DNA of 45,204 bases. Source: Burkholderiaceae bacterium (GTDB lineage: Bacteria > Pseudomonadota > Gammaproteobacteria > Burkholderiales > Burkholderiaceae_C). Below the pieces are notes generated by a model. The model saw nothing but the letters and a program-made list of their open reading frames with translations. It searched no databases and was not told the DNA's origin. This document shows, piece after piece, positions 33,230-43,498 of the stretch; the stretch's first letter is position 1; every line of letters starts with the position of its first letter. Position numbers and translations under genes: made by a program. The stretch covers positions 1 to 45,204 of the forward strand of contig JAISNB010000082.1 in the NCBI GenBank assembly GCA_031276435.1, given 5' to 3'.

Positions 33230-33258
33230 TTGACAAAAATAAATCGCGCCCATAGCAT
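33230..33258 (+). promoter_or_regulatory. Sigma70 promoter of the ssu-like operon
   Basis: TTGACA-17 nt-TAGCAT, divergent from the previous promoter across an AT-rich spacer. Confidence 0.65.
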
Positions 33259-33293
33259 GAATTCATCGATTTACGAAATCACAGGAGTTTTGT

Positions 33294-34394
33294 GTGCCTC
33301 ACCATTCGCACCCCCCATCCCCCCGGTTTCCACCTGGAAGAGCCGCCGCAAGCCCGGCAGCAAGGCTGGTTTTCAAGCGTGTTTTGGGCCGGGTCATGGC
33401 CGCTGCCGCGGTTGTTGCTGGAATGACCTTTGGCATGCCCGCCAGCGCCCAGCAACTGGGCGCCATCCCCGACACTGTTCCACCCCATACGGTGCTGCGC
33501 ATCGGCGATCCAAAAACCCAGCGCGCGCTGGAACTTTCGGGAGACATCAAGAAGCTGCCATTCAAGGTCGAATGGCTCAACCTCAGCGGCGGCCCGCGCA
33601 CCATTGAGGCCTTTCGCGCCAAGGCCCTGGATGTGGGATCGGTGGCCGACATTCCCCCCATCCACGCCAACTGGACCAATCTGCCGACCAAAATCGTGGC
33701 CGTCGGCTTTCGCAAGGACGCGGTCAATCACCCGATTTATCAATTGGGCATCGCGCCGCACGCGGGCATCCACAAAATCCAGGATCTGAAAGGCAAAAAA
33801 ATCGCCTACAGCCCCGGCCAGGCGCAGGGCGCGCTGGTGCAGCGCGTTCTCATCAAGGCTGGCTTGAGGCAAGATGAAGTCAAGCTGGTGGAGATGCCCA
33901 GCACCGGCGACACCTACGCCAACGCGCTGGCCAGCGGACTGGTGGATGCAGCCCCTCTGGGAGAGGCCATCCAGCCACGTTTCATTGCCAACTACGGCAA
34001 GGATGGCGCCAGGCTGATCTCGCACGGCCTCAAGGATGACCCCGCGTATCTCTACGCGCCGGTGGAGGTGCTGGCCGATCCCGCCAAAGCCGCCGCGCTG
34101 CGCGAGTACGTGAAATTCTGGGCCAGAGCCTCGCGCTGGGTTTATGAGCATCCGCAGCAATGGGTGCAGGGCTGGTTCGTCGAAAACCAGGGGCTGGACA
34201 GGCAAACCGGCGAAATTCTGGCCCGCTCCGCCGGTGAGCCGGACATTCCCGATGACTGGAACGAGGCCATCGAGCGCCAGCAGGAAACCATCGACCTGCT
34301 GGCCAGAGTGGGCAACAAGCCGCGGCTGAAAGCCGCCGGCATTTTTGATCGCCGCTTCGAGCACGTCGCCGGCCAAGCCCTGAAAGAGCCATGA
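33294..34394 (+). CDS. SsuA/TauA-like sulfonate ABC substrate-binding protein
   Basis: AGGAG RBS; signal peptide; GGPRTIEAFRAKALDVG, DLKGKKIAY and ALASGLVDA motifs. Confidence 0.88.
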   Translation: MPHHSHPPSPRFPPGRAAASPAARLVFKRVLGRVMAAAAVVAGMTFGMPASAQQLGAIPDTVPPHTVLRIGDPKTQRALELSGDIKKLPFKVEWLNLSGGPRTIEAFRAKALDVGSVADIPPIHANWTNLPTKIVAVGFRKDAVNHPIYQLGIAPHAGIHKIQDLKGKKIAYSPGQAQGALVQRVLIKAGLRQDEVKLVEMPSTGDTYANALASGLVDAAPLGEAIQPRFIANYGKDGARLISHGLKDDPAYLYAPVEVLADPAKAAALREYVKFWARASRWVYEHPQQWVQGWFVENQGLDRQTGEILARSAGEPDIPDDWNEAIERQQETIDLLARVGNKPRLKAAGIFDRRFEHVAGQALKEP

Positions 34395-35290
34395 GCATGA
34401 GCGCCGCAGCCAGCAATATCCTGCACGCGGGCGCAGCGCCCGCCCTGGTGGCGCAACCGGCCAGCGCGCCGCAATCTTGCGTCGCAGCAACGCCTGCCAA
34501 TCATCTAGCCCGCCGCTCGCGCCTTGGGCCGGGCAAACCCATTGCCTATGGCGCGCTCATCGGCCCGGTGCTCTTGCTCGTTATCTGGTCGCTCGGATCG
34601 GCCACGGGCTGGATCGACCAGCGCACGCTGGCGCCTCCCTGGGTGGTGGTGAAAACCGTTGGCGAACTGGTGCAATCCGGCAGGCTTTGGGAGAACTTTC
34701 ACACCTCCGCCTGGCGCGCCACGCAAGGCCTGTTCTGGGGTGTGCTGGGGGGCGTCATCCTGGGCGTTACCGCGGGCTTGAGCCGCATTGGCGAATACCT
34801 CATCGACGGGCCGGTGCAGATCAAGCGCGCCATCCCGACGCTGGCGTTGATCCCCATCTTGATGCTGTGGCTGGGCATTGGCGAGACCATGAAAATCACC
34901 ACCATTGCGCTGATCGCCCTGGTGCCCATCTATATCCAGACCCATGACTGCCTGCGCTCCATCGACAACCGCTATCTGGAACTGTCCGAAACGCTGGGTG
35001 TGACGCGCTGGGAATTCATTCGCAACGTTGTGCTGCCCGGTTCATTGCCTGGCTTTTTGATCGGGCTGCGCTTTGCCGTCACCTCATCGTGGCTGGCGCT
35101 GGTCGTGGTGGAGCAGGTCAACTCCATCAGCGGCATCGGCTACATGATCGAACTGGCCCGTACCTACGGCCAGACGGAAATCATCGTGGTCGGCCTGGCG
35201 CTGTACGCCATCCTTGGCCTGGGTTCGGACTGGCTGGTTCGTCTGCTGCAAAAAAAGGTGCTGAAATGGCGCAAGACACTGAACGACTGA
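34391..35290 (+). CDS. SsuC-like ABC permease
   Basis: IPTLALIP, WLGIGE, VVLPGSLP, WLALVVVEQ and SGIGY motifs. Confidence 0.92.
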   Translation: MSMSAAASNILHAGAAPALVAQPASAPQSCVAATPANHLARRSRLGPGKPIAYGALIGPVLLLVIWSLGSATGWIDQRTLAPPWVVVKTVGELVQSGRLWENFHTSAWRATQGLFWGVLGGVILGVTAGLSRIGEYLIDGPVQIKRAIPTLALIPILMLWLGIGETMKITTIALIALVPIYIQTHDCLRSIDNRYLELSETLGVTRWEFIRNVVLPGSLPGFLIGLRFAVTSSWLALVVVEQVNSISGIGYMIELARTYGQTEIIVVGLALYAILGLGSDWLVRLLQKKVLKWRKTLND

Positions 35291-36168
35291 ATTGGGCCGC
35301 CGTGGCTGCTGCGAACGGGCATGCGCGAGAAACCAGCGCAAACAGCGCACCCGAAGCGGCAGCGGCAGACGTCGTGGTGCGTGTGCGGCAACTGGTGCGC
35401 CGTTTTGGCGCTCGCACCATCCTCGACCATGTAGACCTCGACATCCGCCGCGGCGAATTCGTGGCCCTGCTCGGACACAGCGGCTGCGGCAAGAGCACCT
35501 TTTTGCGCTCGCTGGCGGGGCTGGATTACGACGTGGTCGGCACCGGCAGCATCGCCACGCCGCAGCCCATGGCCGTGGTGTTTCAGGACGCCCGGCTGCT
35601 ACCGTGGAAATCGGTGCTCGACAACGTCATCTACGGTCTGCGCGGCCCTGCCCCGCAACTGCGGGGCCGCGAAACCCTCAGGGAGGTCGGCCTCGAAGGG
35701 CGCGAAAGCGCCTGGCCAAGCGACCTCTCCGGCGGTGAACAACAGCGCGTGGCGCTGGCCCGCGCACTGGTGCGCAGTCCGCAGCTTTTGCTGGCCGACG
35801 AGCCATTTGGCGCCCTGGACGCGCTGACGCGGCTGCGCATGCACAGCCTGCTGGGCCTGCTGTGCCAGCGCCACCGGCCAGCGGTGCTGCTGGTCACGCA
35901 CGATGTGGACGAGGCCATCCATCTGGCCGATCGCATTCTCGTGCTCAACCACGGGCGCTTCAGCATCGACGTGCCGACTCTCCTGCCCGGGCGGGATGCC
36001 GCCACCACCGTCCGTCTGGCCCGCATTGCCTCGCTGCGCCAGCAGTTGCTGCAAGGCCTTGGCGTGCGCCCCGACGACGCCCCGCCCCCGGAACACACCC
36101 GCGCCGAAAAACAGGCTATTGCCGCGCCATCACCTGCTACCAATGAGGCACCACGCAAAGCAGCCTGA
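35266..36168 (+). CDS. SsuB-like ABC ATPase
   Basis: GHSGCGKS, VFQDARLLPW, LSGGEQQRVALARAL and DEPFGALDALTR motifs. Confidence 0.93.
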   Translation: MAQDTERLNWAAVAAANGHARETSANSAPEAAAADVVVRVRQLVRRFGARTILDHVDLDIRRGEFVALLGHSGCGKSTFLRSLAGLDYDVVGTGSIATPQPMAVVFQDARLLPWKSVLDNVIYGLRGPAPQLRGRETLREVGLEGRESAWPSDLSGGEQQRVALARALVRSPQLLLADEPFGALDALTRLRMHSLLGLLCQRHRPAVLLVTHDVDEAIHLADRILVLNHGRFSIDVPTLLPGRDAATTVRLARIASLRQQLLQGLGVRPDDAPPPEHTRAEKQAIAAPSPATNEAPRKAA

Positions 36169-36239
36169 CCTGTCCACAACCCAAGCACAACCCCTGGCAA
36201 CCCCGCTCTTATCAACCAACTCACATCGGATCAACCACC

Positions 36240-37592
36240 ATGTCAAAAAAACGCAGTCTTACCCTCAATCTGTTCATCTACCCCAATGGCCACCACGAGG
36301 CGGCCTGGCGTTACTCCAAGGCGGCGCGCGAGCGCATTCTGGACGTGCGCTTTTACCAGGAACTGGCTCAGCAGGCCGAAACCGCCAAATTCGACGCCGT
36401 GTTCTTTGCCGATGGCCTGGGCATTGGCGATGGCGTGCGTTACGCCAGCCGTTTCCACCTCGAACCCATCACACTGATCAACGCGCTGGCGGCGGCCACG
36501 CAGAAAATCGGTTTCATCGCCACCGCCTCCACCTCGTTTTACGATCCCTACACGCTGGCGCGCCTGCTTGGGTCAACAGACCACTGGAGCGGCGGGCGCG
36601 TGGGCTGGAACATCGTGACCACCTCGCTCAAGAGCGCGGCGCAAAACTATGGCCACGCGCAGTACATTCCCCATACCCTGCGCTATGAGCGCGCGCATGA
36701 ATTCGTGCAGGCCATCACCCGCCTGTGGGACAGTTGGGAAGACGAGGCCTTCGTCAACGACGCCGCCTCCGGCATCTTTGCCGACACCGAGCGCATCCAC
36801 GCCCCCAACTTCATCGGCAAGCATCTGAGCGTAAAAGGGGCGCTGAACGTGCCGCGTTCGCCGCAGGGGCGGCCCGTCTACGTGCAGGCCGGCTCCTCCG
36901 AAGATGGCCGCCAGTTTGCCGCGCAGTATGCAGAGGCCATCTTCACCGCGCACCAAAGCCTGGAAAGCGCCCAAGCCTTCTACCGCGACGTCAAGCAACG
37001 CGCCTCGCAACAATTCGCACGCCATCCGGATCACGTGAAAATCCTGCCCGGACTCAGCCCCTTCATCGGCTCCACCGAAGCCGAGGCGCTGACGCTGCAA
37101 CGCGAATTCAATGAACTGGTCCAGCCCGAATTCTCGCTGCTGCAATTGAAAAACCAGCTTGGACTGGAGGTCGACCTGCGCGGCCACAACCTCGACGCGC
37201 CCTTCCCGCGTCACCTGATCCCCGACAACAATCCGGATCAGCAGGCCCACAGCCGCTTCCAGCTCATCGTCGACATCATCGACCGCGAAAAGCCGACGCT
37301 GCGCCAGCTCATCCAGCGCCTGGCTGGCGCGCGCGGCCACTTTGTGCTGGCTGGTACGCCCGAGCAGATTGCCAACCACATCGAAACCTGGTTCACGCAA
37401 GGCGCTGCCGATGGCATCAACGTCATGCCGCCCTGGCTGCCCGGCGGTTTCGAGGTCTTTACCCGCGAAGTCGTGCCCATTCTGCGCAAACGTGGCCTGT
37501 TCCGTGAGGACTACAGCGGCAGCACGCTGCGCGATCACCTGGGCCTGCCAAGACCCGCCAGCCTGTACACGCCCAACCAGCAGGCTGCCTGA
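36240..37592 (+). CDS. NtaA/SnaA/DszA-family LLM flavin monooxygenase
   Basis: GHHEAAWR, KFDAVFFAD, GGRVGWNIVT, RSPQGRPVYVQAGSS and TLRDHLGL motifs; 450 aa. Confidence 0.93.
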   Translation: MSKKRSLTLNLFIYPNGHHEAAWRYSKAARERILDVRFYQELAQQAETAKFDAVFFADGLGIGDGVRYASRFHLEPITLINALAAATQKIGFIATASTSFYDPYTLARLLGSTDHWSGGRVGWNIVTTSLKSAAQNYGHAQYIPHTLRYERAHEFVQAITRLWDSWEDEAFVNDAASGIFADTERIHAPNFIGKHLSVKGALNVPRSPQGRPVYVQAGSSEDGRQFAAQYAEAIFTAHQSLESAQAFYRDVKQRASQQFARHPDHVKILPGLSPFIGSTEAEALTLQREFNELVQPEFSLLQLKNQLGLEVDLRGHNLDAPFPRHLIPDNNPDQQAHSRFQLIVDIIDREKPTLRQLIQRLAGARGHFVLAGTPEQIANHIETWFTQGAADGINVMPPWLPGGFEVFTREVVPILRKRGLFREDYSGSTLRDHLGLPRPASLYTPNQQAA

Positions 37593-37722
37593 AAAAAACG
37601 CACGTGCGCAAAGTATCCCGTTACCTGCCATCCATGTTTCCGGCCAATCAGGCCGGGACGAGATGGCAGGCTGCGGGATCGGCGCGCATTCCTCTTTTGA
37701 CACCTCTTCAAAAACGCCCCAC

Positions 37723-39318
37723 ATGCTGTTCATCTCCTTGCTGAAACGCCCCGCCCTGCGCGCAACCCTGCTGGCGCTGCTGCTGGCCGCTGCCGCCTTT
37801 TCTGCCAGTCACGCCCAGCAGCAGCCCACCCGTGGCGGAACGCTGAATTGGGCGCTGCGCGTGGAGCCGCCCACACTGGTGCCGATCAACACCTCCGCTG
37901 GCGGAGCCACCGACATCGGCCCCAAGGTGACCGAAGGCCTGCTCACCTACGACAACCAGCTCAACCCAAAACCCTTGCTGGCCACAGCCTGGGAGGTTGC
38001 GCCAAACGGGCTGCGCTACACCTTCAAATTGCGCAAAGGCGTGAAATGGCACGATGGCAAACCTTTCACCTCGGCGGATGTGGCTTGGTCCATTCTGGCT
38101 GTCAAGCAATACCACCCGCGGGGCCGCGCCACCCTGGCGCAGGTGCGCGAAATCCAGACACCCGACGCGCACACCGCCATCTTGCTGCTGGACAAACCCG
38201 CGCCCTACCTGCTTACTGCGCTGTCTTCCAGTGAAGCGCCCATCGTCCCGCGCCATCTCTACGAGGGCAAGGATGTTGCCAGCAACCCGCACAGCAATGC
38301 GCCTGTGGGCACGGGGCCGTTCCTCTTCAAGGAATGGGTGCGCGGCAGCCACCTGGTGCTGGAGCGCAACCCCGATTACTGGGACAAGCCCAAACCCTAC
38401 GTAGACCGGGTCATTGCCCGCTTCATCCCGGACGCCAGCGCGCGCGCCGCGGCGCTGGAATCGGGCGACATCCACATCGCGGGCGGCGGCGTTGCCGTCA
38501 GCGAAATCGCGCGCTTTAGCAAGCTGCCAAACCTGCGCGTCGATACGTCCGCATCGCCCTACTCCTCACCCTACAACCAGATCATCATCAATCATGAAAC
38601 GCCGGTGTTGCAAGACATCCGCGTGCGCCGCGCCATCGCCCAGGCCATCTCGGTGGAGCGCATCGGTAAACTCGCTTGGTATGGCCAGGGCGTTCCGTCG
38701 GCCACCGCCATCGGCAAGTCCAGCCGCTACCACAACGCCAGCATTCCGTTTTATCCCTTTGACCCTGCCGCCGCGGAAAAACTGCTGGACGCAGCGGGCC
38801 ACCCGCGCGGAGCCGATGGCAAACGTTTCACGCTGCGCCTGACCACCAACCCTTACACCGAGCGCCGCATTGCCGACGTGATCCGCCAGCAGTTGCAAAA
38901 AATTGGTATCGACGCCGTTATCCACGCCCACGACTTTGGCACCTACGTCAACCGGGTCTATACCAAGCGCGAGTTTGACCTGACGGTATGCGCGCAGTCG
39001 GTTACGTTTGATCCCACCGTTGGCGTGCAGCGTTTGTTCTGGTCGAAGAATTTCCAGATCGGCCTGCCTTTCTCCAACGGGGGCCACTACGTCAACCCGG
39101 AGGTGGATCGCCTGCTCGAAGCGGCTGCCGTCGAGCCGGACGAGGCCAAACGCAGACAGCTTTTTGCGCAGTTCCAGAAAATCACGTGGGAGGATGTGGC
39201 CGTCATCAACCTGGGCACACCCCCCGAGACCGTCATCTACCACCACAAGCTGATCGACGCGGAACCTGGCGCCGAACGAACCACCGGCAGCTTCGCCAAC
39301 CTGTACTTCGCGCCCTGA
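37723..39318 (+). CDS. ABC transporter substrate-binding protein, family 5 (copy 5)
   Basis: Signal peptide; GLRYTFKLRKGVKWHDG, PVGTGPF and FDPTVGVQRLFWSKN motifs. Confidence 0.95.
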   Translation: MLFISLLKRPALRATLLALLLAAAAFSASHAQQQPTRGGTLNWALRVEPPTLVPINTSAGGATDIGPKVTEGLLTYDNQLNPKPLLATAWEVAPNGLRYTFKLRKGVKWHDGKPFTSADVAWSILAVKQYHPRGRATLAQVREIQTPDAHTAILLLDKPAPYLLTALSSSEAPIVPRHLYEGKDVASNPHSNAPVGTGPFLFKEWVRGSHLVLERNPDYWDKPKPYVDRVIARFIPDASARAAALESGDIHIAGGGVAVSEIARFSKLPNLRVDTSASPYSSPYNQIIINHETPVLQDIRVRRAIAQAISVERIGKLAWYGQGVPSATAIGKSSRYHNASIPFYPFDPAAAEKLLDAAGHPRGADGKRFTLRLTTNPYTERRIADVIRQQLQKIGIDAVIHAHDFGTYVNRVYTKREFDLTVCAQSVTFDPTVGVQRLFWSKNFQIGLPFSNGGHYVNPEVDRLLEAAAVEPDEAKRRQLFAQFQKITWEDVAVINLGTPPETVIYHHKLIDAEPGAERTTGSFANLYFAP

Positions 39319-39419
39319 ATCATTCCTGCGCCGCAAGCGCCCCTTCCCGCGGACCTCTCCCCCTTGGGGCATAAGCGCTAACAAAAGGATATTCCTGCTA
39401 CACCGAACACCATTGCGAA

Positions 39420-39840
39420 CAGGAGTGCTGTCATGCAAGAGGTGTTCGAGCAGGAGAATGCAGACGCAGAAGAACTGGTGGCCGCAGGATTTGCCAGTAT
39501 TGAACAGGACTGAAGCGTGGTAAGTCGGCTGCTTCCCGCGCAGTGGGAGCGCAAGGCGATGGAACTGGGTGCGGTACGTCGGCTGCGGGGATTTTCCAGT
39601 GTGGAAAGCTTGCTGCGCGTCTTGCTGATTCATCTGGCGGATGGCTGCTTGTTGCGCGAGACCGTGGTGCGTGCACGGGCAGGCGATCTGGCCGCTGTTT
39701 CCGACGTGGCGCTGCTCAAACGCTTGCGCGCGTGCGCAGCGTGGTTTCAATGGGTGATTCAAGCGCTTCTGGCCAGGCAGTCCCTGTCTCTGATGGGAGG
39801 CGAATTTCTGGGCGACAGGCCGGTGCGTTTGATGGACGGC
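39420..39840 (+). mobile_element. IS4-family transposase remnant (5' part only)
   Basis: LLPAQWERKA.ELGAVRRLRG, LLRVLL, SDVALLKRL and VRLMDG; frameshifted near the start and cut at the first catalytic Asp. Confidence 0.75.
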
Positions 39841-39935
39841 AGGGCGGCAGCTTGCATTCTTGAAATGTCGCCCGCGAACACCGCAGGCGTGACAGCCAGC
39901 AGCAGGCGCACGGTATCGGCGTAGGCTTTATCCAT
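39841..39935 (-). pseudogene. AbiEii toxin N-terminal stub
   Basis: MDKAYADTVRLLLAVTPAVF overlapping the antitoxin stop; the remainder is missing at the IS4 junction. Confidence 0.7.
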
Positions 39936-40663
39936 GGGGTTTCAGTGTCAGCAAGGAGCCATCGTCCAGACGGGTCATCCAGCGACTGGCACTGCCGGTA
40001 CGCACGGAGTACTGGGCCAGCAGGGCATCTGCACTGGTTTCCCGTGCCCAGGCGGGGAACAGTCGCACAGCCTTGACGCTGTTGCAGCAAGACAGCAGTT
40101 GCCAAGCAGCTCCTTGCGGGGAGAGCGCAGCCCGTCGAACAGGTTGCGGGCTTCTTCAAGGCTTTGCTTCACCCCGGCTTCGTACAGCAACTCCAGCACG
40201 GCGCGCTCCGGAACCACCACGCACAACCCATCTGGCAGGCCCGGCGGAGTGCTCAGGCTGCGGGCGGCCAACCCGGCATCCGGCCATGTAAGCAGGTGGG
40301 CATGAACATAGCGCGCCGGAAAGCGTGACGTGAACCAGGCCGGAAGCGCGAAACGGCTTTCGCCCCACAGCACCAGCGTGTCGCCGCGACCCAGGTTGTG
40401 TCGCACGCCCTGCTAGGCGGGCGCTCTTGCCGCCCACATGCAGGCCATGGACGCGCGCTTGCAGAAACCTGATCGCCCCATGAACGCCAAAGTCGTCATT
40501 CGAAAAGGCATAGATGCTCTGAGCCAGCCTTCTGCGGCATAGTAGGCGGCAAGTTGGGGTGACACCCCGAGCCGTTTCAGACTGGCAAGCGCAAATGGCG
40601 CGCTCCCCGCGGCAGCTCCGCGAGGAGACGCTTGATTACTTGATGTTTGGGTTTTCTGTCCAT
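39928..40663 (-). pseudogene. AbiEi type IV antitoxin, frameshifted with an internal stop
   Basis: LPRGAPF, GVSPQLAA, HVGGKSAL, GVRHNL, PERAVLELL, SVKAVRLF and LTLKPHG* across several frames. Confidence 0.85.
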
Positions 40664-41023
40664 GTTATAAAAATAACACAAAATTCAATCAACCCAAGGA
40701 CATGAGCTTGATGATTGCATGAAAACTAGCATTATGTTTTCATTTTATGAGTAATCTAATCAAACTGGTGCGCCACAAGCACAAGAGACAAGAGAGGGCG
40801 ACCGACTCCCCTACATCCGCATTGCTGCCTTAACTTTTGGGCCGCAACCCAACCCATGCACTGACACACCATCGAAACCAAAGTACCGCAATGATCCGCA
40901 AAATTAAGGCTCCACAACAACACCAGAACATGTCAAAAGGCATGTTTTTACTAGAGAGGCGTTACCATAGATGGCCTCATAAGAGTTCTTGCAATCTCTT
41001 TTTTGGCCCATGGGTTGGCCCAA

Positions 41024-41170
41024 GATGCCCAAGGTTGTTTCTGAGATGTCGCCGCTGGAGGTCTCTCGTCTGAGCGGTCAAGGCGATCACCGTCAGCGAT
41101 GTGCCCGGCTTGTATCTGCGAATTGATGGCGGCTCGCGCGCGTGGGTGCTGCGCTTTTACAAAGCGGGCC
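41024..41170 (+). pseudogene. Tyrosine integrase Arm-DNA-binding N-terminal remnant
   Basis: MPKVV.EMSPLEVSRL...DVPGLYLRIDGGSRAWVLRFYKAGQR, with frameshifts. Confidence 0.65.
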
Positions 41171-42265
41171 AGCGCCACTTCCGAAGCCAGACGCCGGGCC
41201 AGAATGTCCTGGTCGTACTCGTCGCGCAGCGCCTCGATGACGCCGCGCGTGATCCGGCAGTGAGGCGCTGCTGGCGGCCAACAGGTTCTCGGTGCTGGTA
41301 GGGCGGCTGCCAGCCACCAGATCTTGCAGAACCTGGAGCTTGTTCTCGTATTCTTCCTGAATCAGCGGGGTCAGGCCGACACCCGGGGTGGTCACCGTCT
41401 TGACACAGGCATCGCAAGTGCGCTACTCCTGCTCGCCCAGAACCCGCACGGCCCAGGCCGCCGCGGCATCCGGCGAACCCCAAGTCTGGCAAGCCAGGTT
41501 GCCGCCGCAACTGGCCTGCGGGATCGAACTCGCATCGGTTGCGCCACGGCCATTGAGCAGATTGTAGCCCGCGCGGGTGACGTCGCCGACCACGCGCACC
41601 GGAGGTTGGCCGACGCCTCCAGCACTGTCGCCACCCACCCAGGGCACGCCGTTGGCGCCGCGGTTGGCCTCGGCCACATCGATCGCCGACACGGCATCGG
41701 CGCTGGCGACGGCCTGCTTGAGCGCCATGCCTTCGGCAAGCTGATCCCAGCCAAGCTGGCCGCCTGCCATGTCTGCCATGCGGTTGGCGATGGCGCGGCA
41801 GGTCATCTTGCTGCGGTCGAAATCGAGCCTGGCTTGCAGCACGCCATTGGTGAGCAGGTTGTACAAACCCGGATCGGCGCGCTGGATGATCAGCGCTGGC
41901 AGTGAGGCCACTGCGGAAGTGGCGTTCTGGATCACCGAGGACATGATGGCCTGAAAGCCGTTGGTGATGCCATTCAACTGGTTGTGCAGCGTCTTGGTGA
42001 TGCTCATGTCGCCGCAAATGAGGTTGCTGTTCCAGCCAACACCCACACCAATGGACTGCATATTGGCCGCGCCGCTTATCGACACAGCGCGGCCACCGCC
42101 GATGCTGTAGAGCACATCGTCGCCGATGACGCTGCCCTGATGCCGCACATCGTGCGCATTGACACTGGTTTGCGCGCCAACCCCGGTGCAGGCGCAAGCC
42201 GCGCTGGCGGCCAGCAGCAAGCGCCAAGCCAGACGAGAAGAAAAATAAATCAGAAACGTCGCCAT
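41165..42265 (-). pseudogene. Integrating conjugative element protein, PFL_4711 family, disrupted
   Basis: DDVLYSIGGGRAV, SLPALIIQRADPGLYNLLTNG and TPGVGLTPLIQEE motifs; premature TAG at 41423, a later frameshift, and truncation after LARRLASEVALA. Confidence 0.9.
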
Positions 42266-42277
42266 GGCATTTGAACC

Positions 42278-42862
42278 TCAGTTGAAATCGACACTGCCCA
42301 GAAACACCTGGCCGCGCCGCTCGCAGCAGCTGTAGGGCCGCCACAAGGCCCAGGCATAGTCGCCGCGCTGTGCCTGCGCCATGGCGTTGCCGTGCGGAAA
42401 TACGGCGCAACTGCTCGACAGCGTGGGCGTCAGCTCCTGCCACTTGCCTGTGGCGGCATCGCCTTCGACCAATGCGCCAGCGGGCCAGTAGCCATCGCGC
42501 GCGCTCGCAAGCAGCGGCTGGTAGACGTGGCTCTGGTTGCGGCGGGTAACGATGTCGCCCGCGCGCTGGGCAACGACAGCGCCAGCCTTGTAGTCGTCAC
42601 TCTGGTGCAGAAAGCCACCGCGCGGATAGACATTGCCCCAGAGGTTGCGGCCAGCGCGTGTTCCAATTTCGCACACGCCCGGCATCAGGGCTTCTGGATA
42701 CACCATCTTGGGCACGTTGTAGCGCCAGGCCAGGGTATCCAGAGTACTGAGCAGATAGGGCATGAGGGCCGTGCCAGCGCCCTCGCAGGCATAGCCGGAG
42801 GCGCTGGCGAAACTGGAGAACAGGCTGGCGGGGTGGCCGATGACGTCGGCGTTCTTGAATTG
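42278..42862 (-). pseudogene. Integrating conjugative element protein, PFL_4710 (TraU-like) family, 5'-truncated
   Basis: FKNADVIGHP, PYLLSTLD, WGNVYPRGGFL and YAWALWRPYSCC motifs; the N-terminal half is absent. Confidence 0.9.
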
Positions 42863-43165
42863 CGGACATGGTTTGGCTTTTTTGTTGCGACAAGCCGATA
42901 CCTTGACCGCATGCTGCCGCGCGGTCAGCCAGGAATGCGAACCGCAATCTGTCCGCTTTGGGCAGAGAAGCGGGACGGTGCGAGAAGCCTGTCCGCGCGC
43001 AGCGCCCGGGGCCGTGCTGAATCCGCATCGGCTGCCGTGCGTGAGCGCACAGCCCGTCTGGCTTTTCGAGTGCCTGCCTCTATGGGCGAATGGTCCGGAA
43101 ACACTTGCGGCGCATTGCTTCATGGACTATTATCGTGTGCATTGAAATACAATATGCCTATTTTG

Positions 43166-43498
43166 ATGAGCAAGTTTGAGATTCCGATGCAGGTTGCCGA
43201 GCAGGTGGCGCAATTGGGTCAGCGCGTCCGGATCGCGCGCATCCGGCGCGGCTGGTCGGCCGCCGATCTGGCGGGCAAGGCGGGCATCAACCGCAACACG
43301 CTGACCGCGCTGGAACTGGGCAAACCGGGTACGGCGATCGGGGTGTGCTTTACCGTTCTGTGGGCCTTGGGATTGGATCAAACGCTGAACGGGGTGGCCG
43401 ACCTCGACGCCGATCTGCACGGCAAGGCGCTCGAAGCCGCACGGCGCCCGACACGCGCTGGCAAGCCGCGCAAGGCCCGTGAAGATTATGACTTCTGA
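43166..43498 (+). CDS. XRE/HipB-like HTH antitoxin
   Basis: LGQRVRIARIRRGWSAADLAGKAGINRNTLTALELGKP; overlaps the start of the HipA-like gene. Confidence 0.88.
   Translation: MSKFEIPMQVAEQVAQLGQRVRIARIRRGWSAADLAGKAGINRNTLTALELGKPGTAIGVCFTVLWALGLDQTLNGVADLDADLHGKALEAARRPTRAGKPRKAREDYDF

Noticed and set aside
40790-40825. CGACTCCCCTACATCCGCA, faintly like a tRNA 3' end or att site
   Set aside because: Lacks the GTTCG T-loop and CCA end, and no second copy was seen in the window.
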